Positions 10,549 to 20,644 of a stretch of DNA of 64,000 nucleotides are shown here, piece by piece (within the stretch, counting starts at the first letter, position 1; each line of letters opens with the position of its first letter). The notes beneath the pieces were generated by a model that saw only the letters and a program-made list of their open reading frames with translations, made no database searches and was not told the DNA's origin. Source of the DNA: Gammaproteobacteria bacterium (lineage in GTDB: Bacteria; Pseudomonadota; Gammaproteobacteria; Eutrophobiales; Eutrophobiaceae); the NCBI GenBank assembly GCA_965221695.1, contig OZ244905.1, forward strand, positions 1,760,001 through 1,824,000. The letters are read 5' to 3'. Both the position numbers and the translations under genes were made by a program.

Positions 10549-11081
10549 AACTGGCTATACTCGACATGGACGGCGTGATTAACCATGATTCCGATGACTA
10601 TATCAAGTCGGAACAAGAATGGATTCCAATTCCCGGCAGCCTGCAAGCCATAGCCAGGCTTAACCAACAGGGTTATCACATTGTCATCGCCACCAATCAA
10701 TCCGGGCTGGCCAGGGGCAAGCTAACTCTGAATGAGTTGAACAGGATTCATAGGAAAATGCATATCCATCTCGCCCAATACGGCGGCGAGATAGATGCTA
10801 TTTTCTTTTGCCCGCATGGTCCTGACGAGGGCTGTGTCTGCCGTAAACCTAAACCAGGACTACTAAAAGAGATAGAGAGAAGGTTACACACATTGCTACC
10901 CGGTGTGCCTGTTATCGGCGATCGGTTGAGCGATATCCAGGCGGCTCAGGCAGTCAAAGCAAGTCCGATTCTAGTAAGGACAGGGAAGGGACAAACACAA
11001 CTGGATGAAGGTCTGATCCCGGACGGTATTCCCTGCTATGACGATCTTGCCCAGGCTACGACCGCGCTGCTTTCCGGTTGA
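10545..11081 (+). CDS. gmhB: D-glycero-D-manno-heptose 1,7-bisphosphate phosphatase
   Basis: LDMDGVIN, ATNQSG and CPHGPDEGCVCRKPKPG motifs; glyS-gmhB-plsC synteny. Confidence 0.93.
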   Translation: MKLAILDMDGVINHDSDDYIKSEQEWIPIPGSLQAIARLNQQGYHIVIATNQSGLARGKLTLNELNRIHRKMHIHLAQYGGEIDAIFFCPHGPDEGCVCRKPKPGLLKEIERRLHTLLPGVPVIGDRLSDIQAAQAVKASPILVRTGKGQTQLDEGLIPDGIPCYDDLAQATTALLSG

Positions 11082-11230
11082 CCCGGATTTTTCACAAACT
11101 GATGTGATGACAAATCGCCAGGATAACGATTTTCACGGCGACAACCGCGCGAAGAGTTACTCACAGCAACGCGCGCAATGAAAGCCGAGAATTTCTTCTG
11201 CCCCACGGGTTGCGCGCAGGAAAACGCGCA

Positions 11231-11983
11231 ATGAATCCGCCGAACGGGACAACCTTATCCATCTGGATAGGCTCGTCAATGTTCCTGCTGGGAATGGTCA
11301 TCTCTACCCTCATCGCGGTCCCTATCACATTTTTCCTTCTGGCTGTGCCCTTCCCGCTCAGGTTTCGACTGGTCGCAAACTGGGCCAGGTTCAACCTGTG
11401 GTGGTTGGGAATTACCTGCAGGATCAAAGCCGAGGTGCAGGGTCTCGAACATATCGCCGACCGACCCGCAATCATCATGTGCAAACACCAGTCCGCGTGG
11501 GAAACCCTGATGATTCAATTATTGTTCCCCCCGCAGGTGTGGTTATTGAAACGCGAACTGTTACGCATCCCTATCTATGGCTGGGGACTCGCTACGATGA
11601 AACCCATCGCTATCGACCGTTCCCTGGGTCTGCGGGCGCTGAGGCAACTCGTGCGTCAGGGCAGGGAACGCCTGGATTCCGGCTTGTGGGTCGTGGTGTT
11701 CCCGGAAGGCACCCGGCTGCCTCCGGGCGCGCGGCAAAAATACCACCCTGGCGGCGCGTTGCTGGCAGAGAAATCCGGTTATCCGGTTATTCCGATAGCG
11801 CATAACGCCGGCTACCTGTGGCCGCGCAACAGTTTTCTTAAACGGCCCGGAACAATACAGATGGTGATCGGTCAGCCCATTCAATCCAAGGGCAAGAAAT
11901 CCGCACAAATCCTGCGTGAAACCGAGGACTGGATTGAGACTACCGTCGCGACCCTGCCGGCGCCGGTTGGCATGAAGCCATGA
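11231..11983 (+). CDS. plsC: 1-acyl-sn-glycerol-3-phosphate acyltransferase
   Basis: KHQSAWET and FPEGTR motifs; ATG at 11231 preferred over the TTG at 11210. Confidence 0.92.
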   Translation: MNPPNGTTLSIWIGSSMFLLGMVISTLIAVPITFFLLAVPFPLRFRLVANWARFNLWWLGITCRIKAEVQGLEHIADRPAIIMCKHQSAWETLMIQLLFPPQVWLLKRELLRIPIYGWGLATMKPIAIDRSLGLRALRQLVRQGRERLDSGLWVVVFPEGTRLPPGARQKYHPGGALLAEKSGYPVIPIAHNAGYLWPRNSFLKRPGTIQMVIGQPIQSKGKKSAQILRETEDWIETTVATLPAPVGMKP

Positions 11984-12795
11984 ATAACAAGCCAATAAAA
12001 GACGGTGAGTACCTCAGCACACTGGCCAGAGGTCTGTCCGTATTGCGGACGTTTACCAGGGACAACCCGGAAATGACTCTCAGCGAGGTTGCCGCAGCAA
12101 CGAACCTGAACCCCGCGGTAGCCAGGCGTTGCCTGAATACCCTGGTTGAACTCGGTTATGTGGGGAAAAGAGGCAAGTTGTTCCTGTTAACCCCTGAGGT
12201 AATGGGTTTTGCATCGGCGTTCCTGGAATCGGTAAACCTGGAGGAAATCGCCCGTCCGTACCTCCAGGATGTTCGGGACAGCACCGGGGACAGTTCATCA
12301 CTGGCTGTACTGTCTCACCAGGACATCCTGTACCTGGTTCATGTCTCGACCAATCGCATGATCAGGCTTGATGCAGGGATCGGTACCCGCTTCCCGGCAT
12401 ACGCAACGTCTCTTGGCCGGGTCATCATTGCACACCAGTCCGAAGCCTTTATCGAAGACTATCTTGCCGGCATTGAACCGCGCAAACTGACCGACAAGAC
12501 GATTATCTCCAGGACGAGGCTCCGGCAAATCCTGAATAAGTGCCGGCGCCAGGGTTTCACCTCCACACAGGATGAACTTGACTACGGAATCATATCCGTA
12601 GCCGTGCCGGTATTTGACAATGAAGGTGAAATACTCGCCGCGATAAACTGTTCAACCGCAACTACCCGCGTCAACCAGGAAAAGATGATCGAGACCCGTC
12701 TGCCTCACCTCAAGATGGCAGCAAAGAAAATTGAGCAGGAGCTGCGCCGCTATCCTATTCTTGCGCACTCGATCAGGGCCGCGTCATTCCGCTGA
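11980..12795 (+). CDS. IclR-family regulator (PcaR/PobR-like)
   Basis: STLARGLSVL HTH, GTRFPAYATSLGRV and DELDYGIISVAVPV motifs. Confidence 0.9.
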   Translation: MNNKPIKDGEYLSTLARGLSVLRTFTRDNPEMTLSEVAAATNLNPAVARRCLNTLVELGYVGKRGKLFLLTPEVMGFASAFLESVNLEEIARPYLQDVRDSTGDSSSLAVLSHQDILYLVHVSTNRMIRLDAGIGTRFPAYATSLGRVIIAHQSEAFIEDYLAGIEPRKLTDKTIISRTRLRQILNKCRRQGFTSTQDELDYGIISVAVPVFDNEGEILAAINCSTATTRVNQEKMIETRLPHLKMAAKKIEQELRRYPILAHSIRAASFR

Positions 12796-12807
12796 AGGAA
12801 CCTTGAA

Positions 12808-12837
12808 GTAACCTCTGAGATTAAGTCCAGAGCTTCC
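12808..12837. repeat. Degenerate short palindromic MITE/REP-like element
   Basis: GTAACCTCTGAGATTAAGTCCAGAGCTTCC between convergent genes. Confidence 0.75.
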
Positions 12838-12841
12838 TGAA

Positions 12842-13663
12842 TTACAGCGGCGCCCTTGAGAACTGCGTTGAATCCACGCCGGCGCAAAATCGCAGTATCT
12901 GTTCGTTATACAACGCAGGTTCGGTGAGGTTGCTCATGTGTCCGCTATGTTCGAGGATAACCTCACGGCTATCCGAGATTATCTCAAGGAGTTTTTTTGC
13001 ATGCGCTCTCAGGCGGACAGTTTCCTGTGCGCCGGTAAGGATAAGCGTGGGAGCATAGAACCGCGCCAGTTCCCCAAGAACATCCAGAGAAGTGGAAAAT
13101 TTATCCGGCGAGAAGTCAAGCAAATCGGCGCCACTGTAATCACCCACTATTTCGTTGAGTAACCGCTGCTTGTTGTCATGTCCCGACCCCAATGCCAGGA
13201 TTGGATGCTTGAGCCAGCGCCGGCGCATCTCATCGATTTTTCCGGCGCGCACAAGCTCCGCATAGTCAAAAAAGGGAATGTTTTCGCGCTCAGGTCCGGC
13301 AATATCCAAGCCGTCGACCACTGCGCCCTGTAGAACCAAAGAACGCAGTCGCTGCGGCCTGGTTACGGCATAACGCAACGCGAGGCGTCCCCCCTGGGAC
13401 ATGCCCAACAGGTGCAGTGTGCCCAATGACAACGCATCTGCGATTCTGTCCACGTCATCAAGTTCCAGGTCCAGGTCCGGAGGCAGCTTGGAGCGGCCAA
13501 ACCCGCGCCGATCATAGCTGATAACGCGAAAGCGCTCACTGAGGCTGGGCAACTGTGGCTCAAACATACGGTGGTCCAGGGTCCAGCCGTGCATAAATAG
13601 CAACGGCGTACCCTCTCCCGCTTGCTTCAGGTACAGCCTGCCTCCGCTGACGTCAATCCACAT
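12842..13663 (-). CDS. Alpha/beta hydrolase (enol-lactone hydrolase-like)
   Basis: HGWTLD, YDRRGFGRS, GMSQGG nucleophile elbow and GHMSN. Confidence 0.88.
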   Translation of the reverse strand: MWIDVSGGRLYLKQAGEGTPLLFMHGWTLDHRMFEPQLPSLSERFRVISYDRRGFGRSKLPPDLDLELDDVDRIADALSLGTLHLLGMSQGGRLALRYAVTRPQRLRSLVLQGAVVDGLDIAGPERENIPFFDYAELVRAGKIDEMRRRWLKHPILALGSGHDNKQRLLNEIVGDYSGADLLDFSPDKFSTSLDVLGELARFYAPTLILTGAQETVRLRAHAKKLLEIISDSREVILEHSGHMSNLTEPALYNEQILRFCAGVDSTQFSRAPL

Positions 13664-13678
13664 GATAGAGCAACCGGG

Positions 13679-14443
13679 TCAGCGCGGCGCGCGGATATTT
13701 TTTCGGGCATCGACCCACAAATCGTGCGCGATCGGGTTGTTCATCTCCTCAAACAGGTGGCCCACCAGGCCCGCGCATCGGGCAGTAAGCACCACTCCGC
13801 GCATCATGGCTGACGGCACACCGGCCTCTGCAAGGGCCGCCGCGATAGCAGCGCTGACATTGGTGACCAGGGTCTTGTTCAGAACCTCCTGCAAACAAGA
13901 TTCGAGCGTACTCAGGGCTTTGACATATTCGCCGCCAACTCCCGTCTCCGCGACTATTTCCAGTAGCCTCTCGACACGCGGGTCCTTGCCATGGTGAATT
14001 GGGTGGCCGAAACCGGGCACCGGCCGCCGTATTTGCCGATACGATTTGATTTTCTCCAGCGCTACCGTTTTCCTTTCCGGTTCAGACGCAGCGACGACTG
14101 CCTCCAGCAGCGCGCCGCATTCGCCCGCCGTGCCCGCATAACGGTCTCCTACTCCCAGCAAGCCGGCTACCACCGCGCCCTGGAAAGATTCCGGTGCGCC
14201 GTAATGGGTCAGCCTGGTGGCCAACGCAGAAGGCACCAGACCATGCTCCATGATGGTCACCATCACCGCGTCGACGATGCGACATTGACTCGCGGTGGGT
14301 TCCTCTCCGAGCGCCTGCAACAGGAACAGCTCCGTGAACGAATACTTGCCCATTATGTCGTTCACGAGATTTTTCCCGCGAATCAATATGTTGTCTGCGT
14401 CAAACCCGCATATGGCCGTTGCCGGAGACGCTTTGTCAGTCAC
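13679..14443 (-). CDS. Citryl-CoA lyase / citrate synthase-like protein
   Basis: EHGLVPS, VPGFGHPIH, DPR and ARCAGLVGH motifs. Confidence 0.85.
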   Translation of the reverse strand: MTDKASPATAICGFDADNILIRGKNLVNDIMGKYSFTELFLLQALGEEPTASQCRIVDAVMVTIMEHGLVPSALATRLTHYGAPESFQGAVVAGLLGVGDRYAGTAGECGALLEAVVAASEPERKTVALEKIKSYRQIRRPVPGFGHPIHHGKDPRVERLLEIVAETGVGGEYVKALSTLESCLQEVLNKTLVTNVSAAIAAALAEAGVPSAMMRGVVLTARCAGLVGHLFEEMNNPIAHDLWVDARKNIRAPR

Positions 14444-14500
14444 AGGCGCTTCCCCCTGTTGTGGTTATAGCAATAGAAAAATAACTATAACATGATTGCA

Positions 14501-14626
14501 GGAACCTCTGAAAATCCCGTCTTTAGCTTTTTTGTCGGTGCACCATCAACCGCTGCGATATTTTCGATAATCGAACTTGACTTCGGAATACGAAAATTGT
14601 AGTATTGCCCGAAAATGATGATGATC
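14501..14626 (+). mobile_element. IS-end remnant with the same terminal repeat, carrying a sigma70-like promoter
   Basis: Begins GGAACCTCTGAAAATCCC; TTGACT (14577)-17 bp-TAGTAT (14600); abuts the long MITE. Confidence 0.5.
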
Positions 14627-14630
14627 TTAA

Positions 14631-14781
14631 GGAACCTCTGATTAAGACAGAGGTTCCTACGATACAAGGATGTATCGTCAATATCAATGACTGTAAGGCA
14701 TTGATATTGTGAGGAAAATAAAAATCACATTTTTGTTTTCCGTACTCTGACAAGTCTAGGATGGACTTGTTCAGAGTTTCC
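14631..14781. mobile_element. Long multi-hairpin MITE, copy A (151 bp)
   Basis: Terminal repeats GGAACCTCTGA / TCAGAGTTTCC, TTAA on both sides, five internal hairpins; close to 37650-37803. Confidence 0.88.
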
Positions 14782-14826
14782 TTAATTATATGCTGAAGAT
14801 ACCCGTTGCTGGGGGAGTAACTGAGA

Positions 14827-15369
14827 ATGAACGAGAAACTCAAGATATTCAGCCGACTGCACCACAATGCGCACGTGACCACGGACATGGAGGCCACCAG
14901 GAAATTCTACGAGGAAATTATCGGGTTTCCACTGGTTGCCACCTGGTGTGAAAAGACCGAGTTATTCGGCAGGGAACGAACCTATATGCATTGCTTTTTT
15001 GATATTGGCGATGGCGAATGCCTGGCTTTTTTCCAGTTTGCCGATGAGGATGACCAGCGGGAATTCGGACCGGAATTACCGCTTTCCGGGTTTCGACACC
15101 TTGCCATGAAGGTCGATCAGGATACCCAGGACGGTATTGTCGAGCGCTTGACGGACGCCGGTTACAAGGAACCTGACATGTATATCCTCAACCATGGCTA
15201 TTGTTATTCGCTGTATGTGTATGACCCGGCCAAGCTGTTGATCGAATTTACCGTCGATCACGAAGATGTCGAGCAAATCAACGCAGATCAGCGTAGTAAG
15301 GCCCGGCGCGAACTCAGTCGCTGGCTCGCCGGCGACCATACGCCGAATAACGAGGCCTACCACCGGTAA
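14827..15369 (+). CDS. VOC (glyoxalase/bleomycin resistance/extradiol dioxygenase) family protein
   Basis: LHHNAHVT...FYEEIIG, HLAMKV and SLYVYDPAKLLIEF motifs. Confidence 0.88.
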   Translation: MNEKLKIFSRLHHNAHVTTDMEATRKFYEEIIGFPLVATWCEKTELFGRERTYMHCFFDIGDGECLAFFQFADEDDQREFGPELPLSGFRHLAMKVDQDTQDGIVERLTDAGYKEPDMYILNHGYCYSLYVYDPAKLLIEFTVDHEDVEQINADQRSKARRELSRWLAGDHTPNNEAYHR

Positions 15370-15391
15370 CGCGGTTTGCAGAGAAGATCCA

Positions 15392-16732
15392 ATGTATGAC
15401 AGGCAAACCGAAACCAGGCCGCTGGCCGACCAATTTTCGTTGGACCGGGAAGTATACCGGAACCAGGTAAGGTACATATTCGAACGATCTGCGTTTTATC
15501 GGCGCAAGTTGAGTGAGGCCGGGTTTCGCACGCCTGAAGAAGTGGGTGAACTGGATAATATCTCCGACCTCCCGTTCACTGAGAAAGATGAGCTCAGGGC
15601 GACCCAGGCAGCCTCTCCCCCGTTTGGGGAGCACCTGGCGTGTTCTCCGGAAGCATTACGGCGCGTCTACAATACCAGCGGCACGACTGGCGTACCCTGT
15701 CTGTTGGCGCTTACGCGCAAGGATCTGGATGTCTATGCAACGAATGTAGCCCGCGGCTATACCGCGGCCGGTTTTTCCAGGGGGCAACGTATCGTTGTCG
15801 GATTTAATGCGGGACCCTTTGTTGCCGGCGCGGTATACGATGGATTTAACAAGATTGGCTGCACGGTCATTCCAATAGGAACCGGAAACACGGAACGCTT
15901 GGTGGCGGCAATCAGGAACCTCAAAGCGACGGGGATAAGCTGCACGCCATCTTACGGACAATACCTGATCGACTGGTGCGGCAAACATGATATCGATACC
16001 CGCAGCCTGGGTCTGAAGAACATGATCACCGCGGGAGAACCGGGGGGCGGCGACCCGCTGATTCGCGGGCGCCTCGAGGACGCGTTTGGCTGCAGGGTGC
16101 GTGAATCCATGGGGATCGGCGATATCACTTTATCAGCCTGGGCCGAGGACGACGACGGCAACGGTATGCACTTCATGGCCCGTGGTTATGCCCATGTGGA
16201 ACTCATAGATCCCGAAACCGGCGCGCCGCGCGCCTGGGAGGACGGCGCGCAGGGCGAACTGGTATATACGGCATTACAGCGGGAGGCAATGCCATTGTTA
16301 CGCTTCCGCAGTCGCGACCATGTAGTAGTAAACATGCAACCTAATCCACTGGGTCGAACCGGACCCAGGATACGTTGTATCGGGCGGACTGACGACATGC
16401 TCATCGTGCGCGGCGTCAATGTGTTTCCGTCGGCGCTGCGTAGCGTGCTCAACGACTTCTCCCCTGATGTGTCGGGTGTAATACAGGTAAGACCCAGAGA
16501 AACAGGGGTGAGGCAGACACTGCCGCTGCCGGTAGTGGTTGAACTTGGCCGAGACGGCGCGGTAGCGTCTGGTCATTTACAGCAACGAATCGCGGATGAG
16601 GTGCGCGCGCGGCTACTCGTTACCACTGACATCAAACTGGTCCCTTACGGGACGTTGCCCCGGGAAGTCTATAAGTCACGGCTGGTCGATTATTCCGATG
16701 CGATGCCGGCGGAAGCCGTGGCCGCCGGATGA
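15392..16732 (+). CDS. Phenylacetate--CoA ligase family protein
   Basis: NTSGTTG, AGEPGG and IGRTDDMLIVRGVNVFP motifs; ATG at 15392. Confidence 0.9.
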   Translation: MYDRQTETRPLADQFSLDREVYRNQVRYIFERSAFYRRKLSEAGFRTPEEVGELDNISDLPFTEKDELRATQAASPPFGEHLACSPEALRRVYNTSGTTGVPCLLALTRKDLDVYATNVARGYTAAGFSRGQRIVVGFNAGPFVAGAVYDGFNKIGCTVIPIGTGNTERLVAAIRNLKATGISCTPSYGQYLIDWCGKHDIDTRSLGLKNMITAGEPGGGDPLIRGRLEDAFGCRVRESMGIGDITLSAWAEDDDGNGMHFMARGYAHVELIDPETGAPRAWEDGAQGELVYTALQREAMPLLRFRSRDHVVVNMQPNPLGRTGPRIRCIGRTDDMLIVRGVNVFPSALRSVLNDFSPDVSGVIQVRPRETGVRQTLPLPVVVELGRDGAVASGHLQQRIADEVRARLLVTTDIKLVPYGTLPREVYKSRLVDYSDAMPAEAVAAG

Positions 16733-16774
16733 AGACAGAAACTATGGGGATGAATCTGAGTACAGGGGAAGATT

Positions 16775-17827
16775 ATGTGGCCATTCGCTGAAGGCGAGGA
16801 ATTTCTGGAGAACCAGTGGTATGTCGCGGCGTGGAGCAGCGAAGTCACTGCGGAGCGTCCGTTTGAGCGCTGGATCTGCGGGCAACCGGTGGTTTTTTAC
16901 CGGGATACGCAAGGCAAGCCCGTCGCCCTGTATGGCCGTTGCCCACACCGCAGCTTCCCGCTGGCCAAGGGGCAGGTGCGCGGCGACGTGTTGGAATGCG
17001 GTTATCACGGTTTTCAATACGGCCCTGACGGCAACTGTGTCAGGATTCCGAGCCAGGAAACCATTCCTGATGTCTGCCGGGTGCCGGCATACGTGCTGGT
17101 AGAGAAATGGAAGTGGCTATGGATCTGGGTCGGCGACCCGGCGCAGGCAGACCCTGACCGAATTCCCGATCACAATGAAATACGTCTGACCGAGCCCGGT
17201 TGGCTCGCCGTTCCGGCGCTCACAAATCACCTCAACGGGCGGGCGCAGTTGCTGCATGAGAACCTGACGGATATCTCGCACCTGTCCTACCTGCACCCGG
17301 GCACCATAGGGACAGACTCGGTGGCGGCCACACAGGTGGAAATTTCCGAACACGATGGATTTCTGCGCGGACTGCGGATGATCCCCAATGAGAAGCTGAC
17401 CGGTTTCTTCAAGGAAGCGCTCGGTACCGAGGGTCCGCTGGACCGGGAGGTATTGATTGATTTTTATCCTCCCAACCTGCATGTTGCGCGCGAAAAGTTT
17501 ATTCAGCCGGGGGGCGATACTGTTGCCCAGTATCGGGTCTGTCACGCAGTGACCCCCGCAACGGCGACATCAACCAACTATCTGGTTGCCTGGTCTCGTA
17601 CCTTTGCCCGAGATAACCAGGAAATTACCGACACGGTCAACAGTGTATTTTCGGCCATTATCGATGAGGACATCGAAGCGGTGGAAGCCGTAGAAAAGAT
17701 GATCTCGGATCAGCGGCAACCCGCGGAAATACTGGTTGCCGCAGATACGCACTCAATGAAGGCGCGCAGAATCATGAAAAAACTGTTTGCAGAACAGACT
17801 GCATCAGCCTTAGCCAATGCCATATAA
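16775..17827 (+). CDS. Rieske non-heme iron oxygenase alpha subunit (VanA-like)
   Basis: CPHR...CGYHG Rieske motif, ENLTDISHLSYLH iron site and EDIEAVE. Confidence 0.92.
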   Translation: MWPFAEGEEFLENQWYVAAWSSEVTAERPFERWICGQPVVFYRDTQGKPVALYGRCPHRSFPLAKGQVRGDVLECGYHGFQYGPDGNCVRIPSQETIPDVCRVPAYVLVEKWKWLWIWVGDPAQADPDRIPDHNEIRLTEPGWLAVPALTNHLNGRAQLLHENLTDISHLSYLHPGTIGTDSVAATQVEISEHDGFLRGLRMIPNEKLTGFFKEALGTEGPLDREVLIDFYPPNLHVAREKFIQPGGDTVAQYRVCHAVTPATATSTNYLVAWSRTFARDNQEITDTVNSVFSAIIDEDIEAVEAVEKMISDQRQPAEILVAADTHSMKARRIMKKLFAEQTASALANAI

Positions 17828-17855
17828 GATTCACAAGTAATCGGAGGAACCAACA

Positions 17856-20054
17856 ATGAGCAAACTGATACGATTCGCCGTCGCAGTATTGGCGGCGCTG
17901 GTGAGTGTAACGGGGTTTACGCAAGGAACCGGCATGTTGGAAGAAGTCGTTGTTACCGCGCAAAAACGCGAACAGTCACTGCAGGATGTACCGATTTCAA
18001 TCACGGTATTTGGCGAGGAAAACATCAACAGGCGCCAGGTGGACATGATAGGCGAGCTAGCCAATATCGTTCCCAGTTTTGAGTTCGCGCGCCCTCCCAG
18101 TGACAGCCCCGGTGTGACTTTTCGCGGCATTGGCACCCAGGCAGGAAACGTCGCTTTCGACAATTCCATTGGCATGTTCATCGACGGCGCATTCCTGGGT
18201 AACGTTCGCCTGTACGGGCACACCTTGTTTGACGTCCAACGGGTGGAGCTGATAAAGGGCACACAGAGCACCCTGCTCGGGAAAAACACCACGCTGGGAG
18301 GTATCTCGGTCGTCAACAATTCTCCGGAGCAGGAGTTCGGCGGAGACATCGAATTCGGGCTCGAAGCCCAGAATGGTGGATGGTTCGGTTCAGGTGTGGT
18401 AAATCTGCCGGTGGACGATACACTGGCTTTGCGCATCGCCGGCACATGGTCCGATCTGAATGGTTGGGTGCATAACGTCAGCACCGGAAAAGATGTGCCG
18501 GAAGACCGGGATGCCGGGATTCGTACTTCCCTGCTATGGGAACCAGCGGGTGGGTTCAATGCACTGATCAGTCACCAGTACACCGATAACCGGCGTGTTG
18601 GTCTGCCGACCCAGATCACCGGTCCCGGTCTGTCTGCGCTTGGTCTCGGCGAAGGCCCGGACCTGGGCGAATCCGATTTCGACGACACCAAGGCATCCTG
18701 GAGTTCGGACCCGCGTCTGGTAGATGGTGACGACCTTACTCACCTCAAGGCTCATATAGCCACCGGAACGCTGAATTACGAGTTCGACAATGCCACCGTG
18801 ACTTCGATTACGTCGTATGCAACCTCCGATCACAAGAACTATTCGGACTTCGATTTCGACAACAAGGACGCGAGCCTGTTTATCCGTACCGAGGACTACT
18901 GGCAGGTCATGCAGGAATTACGCCTGGCTTCCAGTGGGGGTGAACGCCTGAATTACCTGGCCGGGGTGTTTTTCTTCCACAGCGATTGGGACATGTTGTG
19001 GGATAGTGTATTCGGCATCCCGGACTTCCCGCCGCCGCCGGCTCCTATCAGCGGCCAGATTTTCAACGGTTCCTATACCAACACATTCGCCCAGGAAACC
19101 ACCGCTTACTCGGTGTTCGGTCAGGCAAACTACAGCTTGACTGATCAATTTCGGGTCAACCTGGGCTTGCGCTTTACCCACGAAAAGAAAAAAGTGCATT
19201 TTGGACGCACCAACCGGGCGCCATTCACCCTGTGGAATTCGGTGATACAAGCGCCGTTCCCCTACCAGAGACTCGATAATGTCACCGATGACCTGGTGAG
19301 CGGCAGTGTCTCATTGCAGTATGATCTGACTCCGGACGTGATGGTCTACGCATCTTTTGCTCGCGGCGGCAAGTCCGGCGGCTATGGCGAGTTCAATTCC
19401 ATCGCGCTGGATCCCGCGCTGGGTACGGGCAACCCGCAGCGGGACGCGTTTGTGGATGATGAACGCGCCAACAGCTATGAAGTCGGCATGAAGTCGAGCC
19501 TGCTGAACGGCCGCGTACAGCTTGATGTGGCGGTGTTTCACATCGATGTTTTCGGTCTGCAGCAACTGCTGTTCACCGGCGAGTTCATCTCCAGCAACGA
19601 CCGGGCACGTTCGACCGGCATTGACGGCTTGTTAATCTGGCAGGTGACCGATAACCTCAGGATAAGCGCAGCAGGCGCCTATGCTGACGCCGAAGACAAG
19701 GGCAGAAATGAGCGCCTGGCGCAATCGCCCCGCGTATCAGTGGCATTTAACGCTGACTGGGAACAGCGCATGTTTGCAGACTGGTCCGTAGCCATCGGCG
19801 GCACCCTAAAGCATCGCTCATCCAAGTTCAACCAACTCAGTGAAGGACTGTACGACAATGCTTTTACTTCGTTGGCCCTGAGCGCGCGCCTCAGCAGCGA
19901 TTCATCGCCCTGGTTTGCGAATATCGTGGCAGAGAATGTGACCAACACGATCGGCGCAGATTTTGGGTTCCCGGGACCGGACCCGTTCGTGGATACGTTC
20001 GAGACCAACACCCCATTGCGCTCGATCAAAATCTCCGTGGGAACGAGTTTTTGA
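17856..20054 (+). CDS. TonB-dependent receptor
   Basis: Signal peptide, LEEVVVTAQKREQSLQDVP, RVELIKGTQSTLLGKN and C-terminal Phe. Confidence 0.93.
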   Translation: MSKLIRFAVAVLAALVSVTGFTQGTGMLEEVVVTAQKREQSLQDVPISITVFGEENINRRQVDMIGELANIVPSFEFARPPSDSPGVTFRGIGTQAGNVAFDNSIGMFIDGAFLGNVRLYGHTLFDVQRVELIKGTQSTLLGKNTTLGGISVVNNSPEQEFGGDIEFGLEAQNGGWFGSGVVNLPVDDTLALRIAGTWSDLNGWVHNVSTGKDVPEDRDAGIRTSLLWEPAGGFNALISHQYTDNRRVGLPTQITGPGLSALGLGEGPDLGESDFDDTKASWSSDPRLVDGDDLTHLKAHIATGTLNYEFDNATVTSITSYATSDHKNYSDFDFDNKDASLFIRTEDYWQVMQELRLASSGGERLNYLAGVFFFHSDWDMLWDSVFGIPDFPPPPAPISGQIFNGSYTNTFAQETTAYSVFGQANYSLTDQFRVNLGLRFTHEKKKVHFGRTNRAPFTLWNSVIQAPFPYQRLDNVTDDLVSGSVSLQYDLTPDVMVYASFARGGKSGGYGEFNSIALDPALGTGNPQRDAFVDDERANSYEVGMKSSLLNGRVQLDVAVFHIDVFGLQQLLFTGEFISSNDRARSTGIDGLLIWQVTDNLRISAAGAYADAEDKGRNERLAQSPRVSVAFNADWEQRMFADWSVAIGGTLKHRSSKFNQLSEGLYDNAFTSLALSARLSSDSSPWFANIVAENVTNTIGADFGFPGPDPFVDTFETNTPLRSIKISVGTSF

Positions 20055-20060
20055 CATCTA

Positions 20061-20276
20061 TCACGTATCATTATGTTGAAAATAATACGTCGCAATACTG
20101 CCAATTACTATGCCTCCGATTCCTAAAGTCAGTACGGTTTTAGCAAAGTCGTAGTTACCGTTGATGTAGGAGTCATAGATAAGCCAAAGCAGAAAAGCGC
20201 TTGTCAGCAAATAGCGCGTCCCGGCGAACATCATCCGTGATTGTTGCGGCTGCTTTGATAGCGTCGCGAAGTTCAT
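20061..20276 (-). CDS. Small two-TM hypothetical protein (uncertain)
   Basis: 71 aa with two hydrophobic stretches; no family recognised. Confidence 0.35.
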   Translation of the reverse strand: MNFATLSKQPQQSRMMFAGTRYLLTSAFLLWLIYDSYINGNYDFAKTVLTLGIGGIVIGSIATYYFQHNDT

Positions 20277-20373
20277 TTTTCACACTTGTTTCCAATCAAG
20301 CCCGTAAATCTAACCAATTCGCTTGTGTTGATCCAACTTGTCTTCGACAACACGTCAAGTCATCCCCCACCGA

Positions 20374-20396
20374 TAAGTCAGAGGTCCTAAGATACA
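20374..20396. repeat. Fragment of the long MITE
   Basis: TAAGTCAGAGGTCCTAAGATACA resembles TAAGACAGAGGTTCCTACGATACA of copy A. Confidence 0.55.
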
Positions 20397-20644
20397 GTGA
20401 CTTTTAGCGTCCTGCCAAATCCGATTGAATATTATCCGCAGGTATCGCAGATGAAATGACTGTTTATTATTCTTGCAAGTTTAATATCCAATGTTAAATT
20501 TGCATGAATAATATCCGGCGCCACTAGGCGTCAACAATTAAACAAGCAATAAAATTTTTTCCGGTAGTTTGTATTTTTCTTCTGTGCGGCGCTCGGATAT
20601 ACTTTGCAAATCAATTCTGAAAAATATATATAACGGAGCACAGT

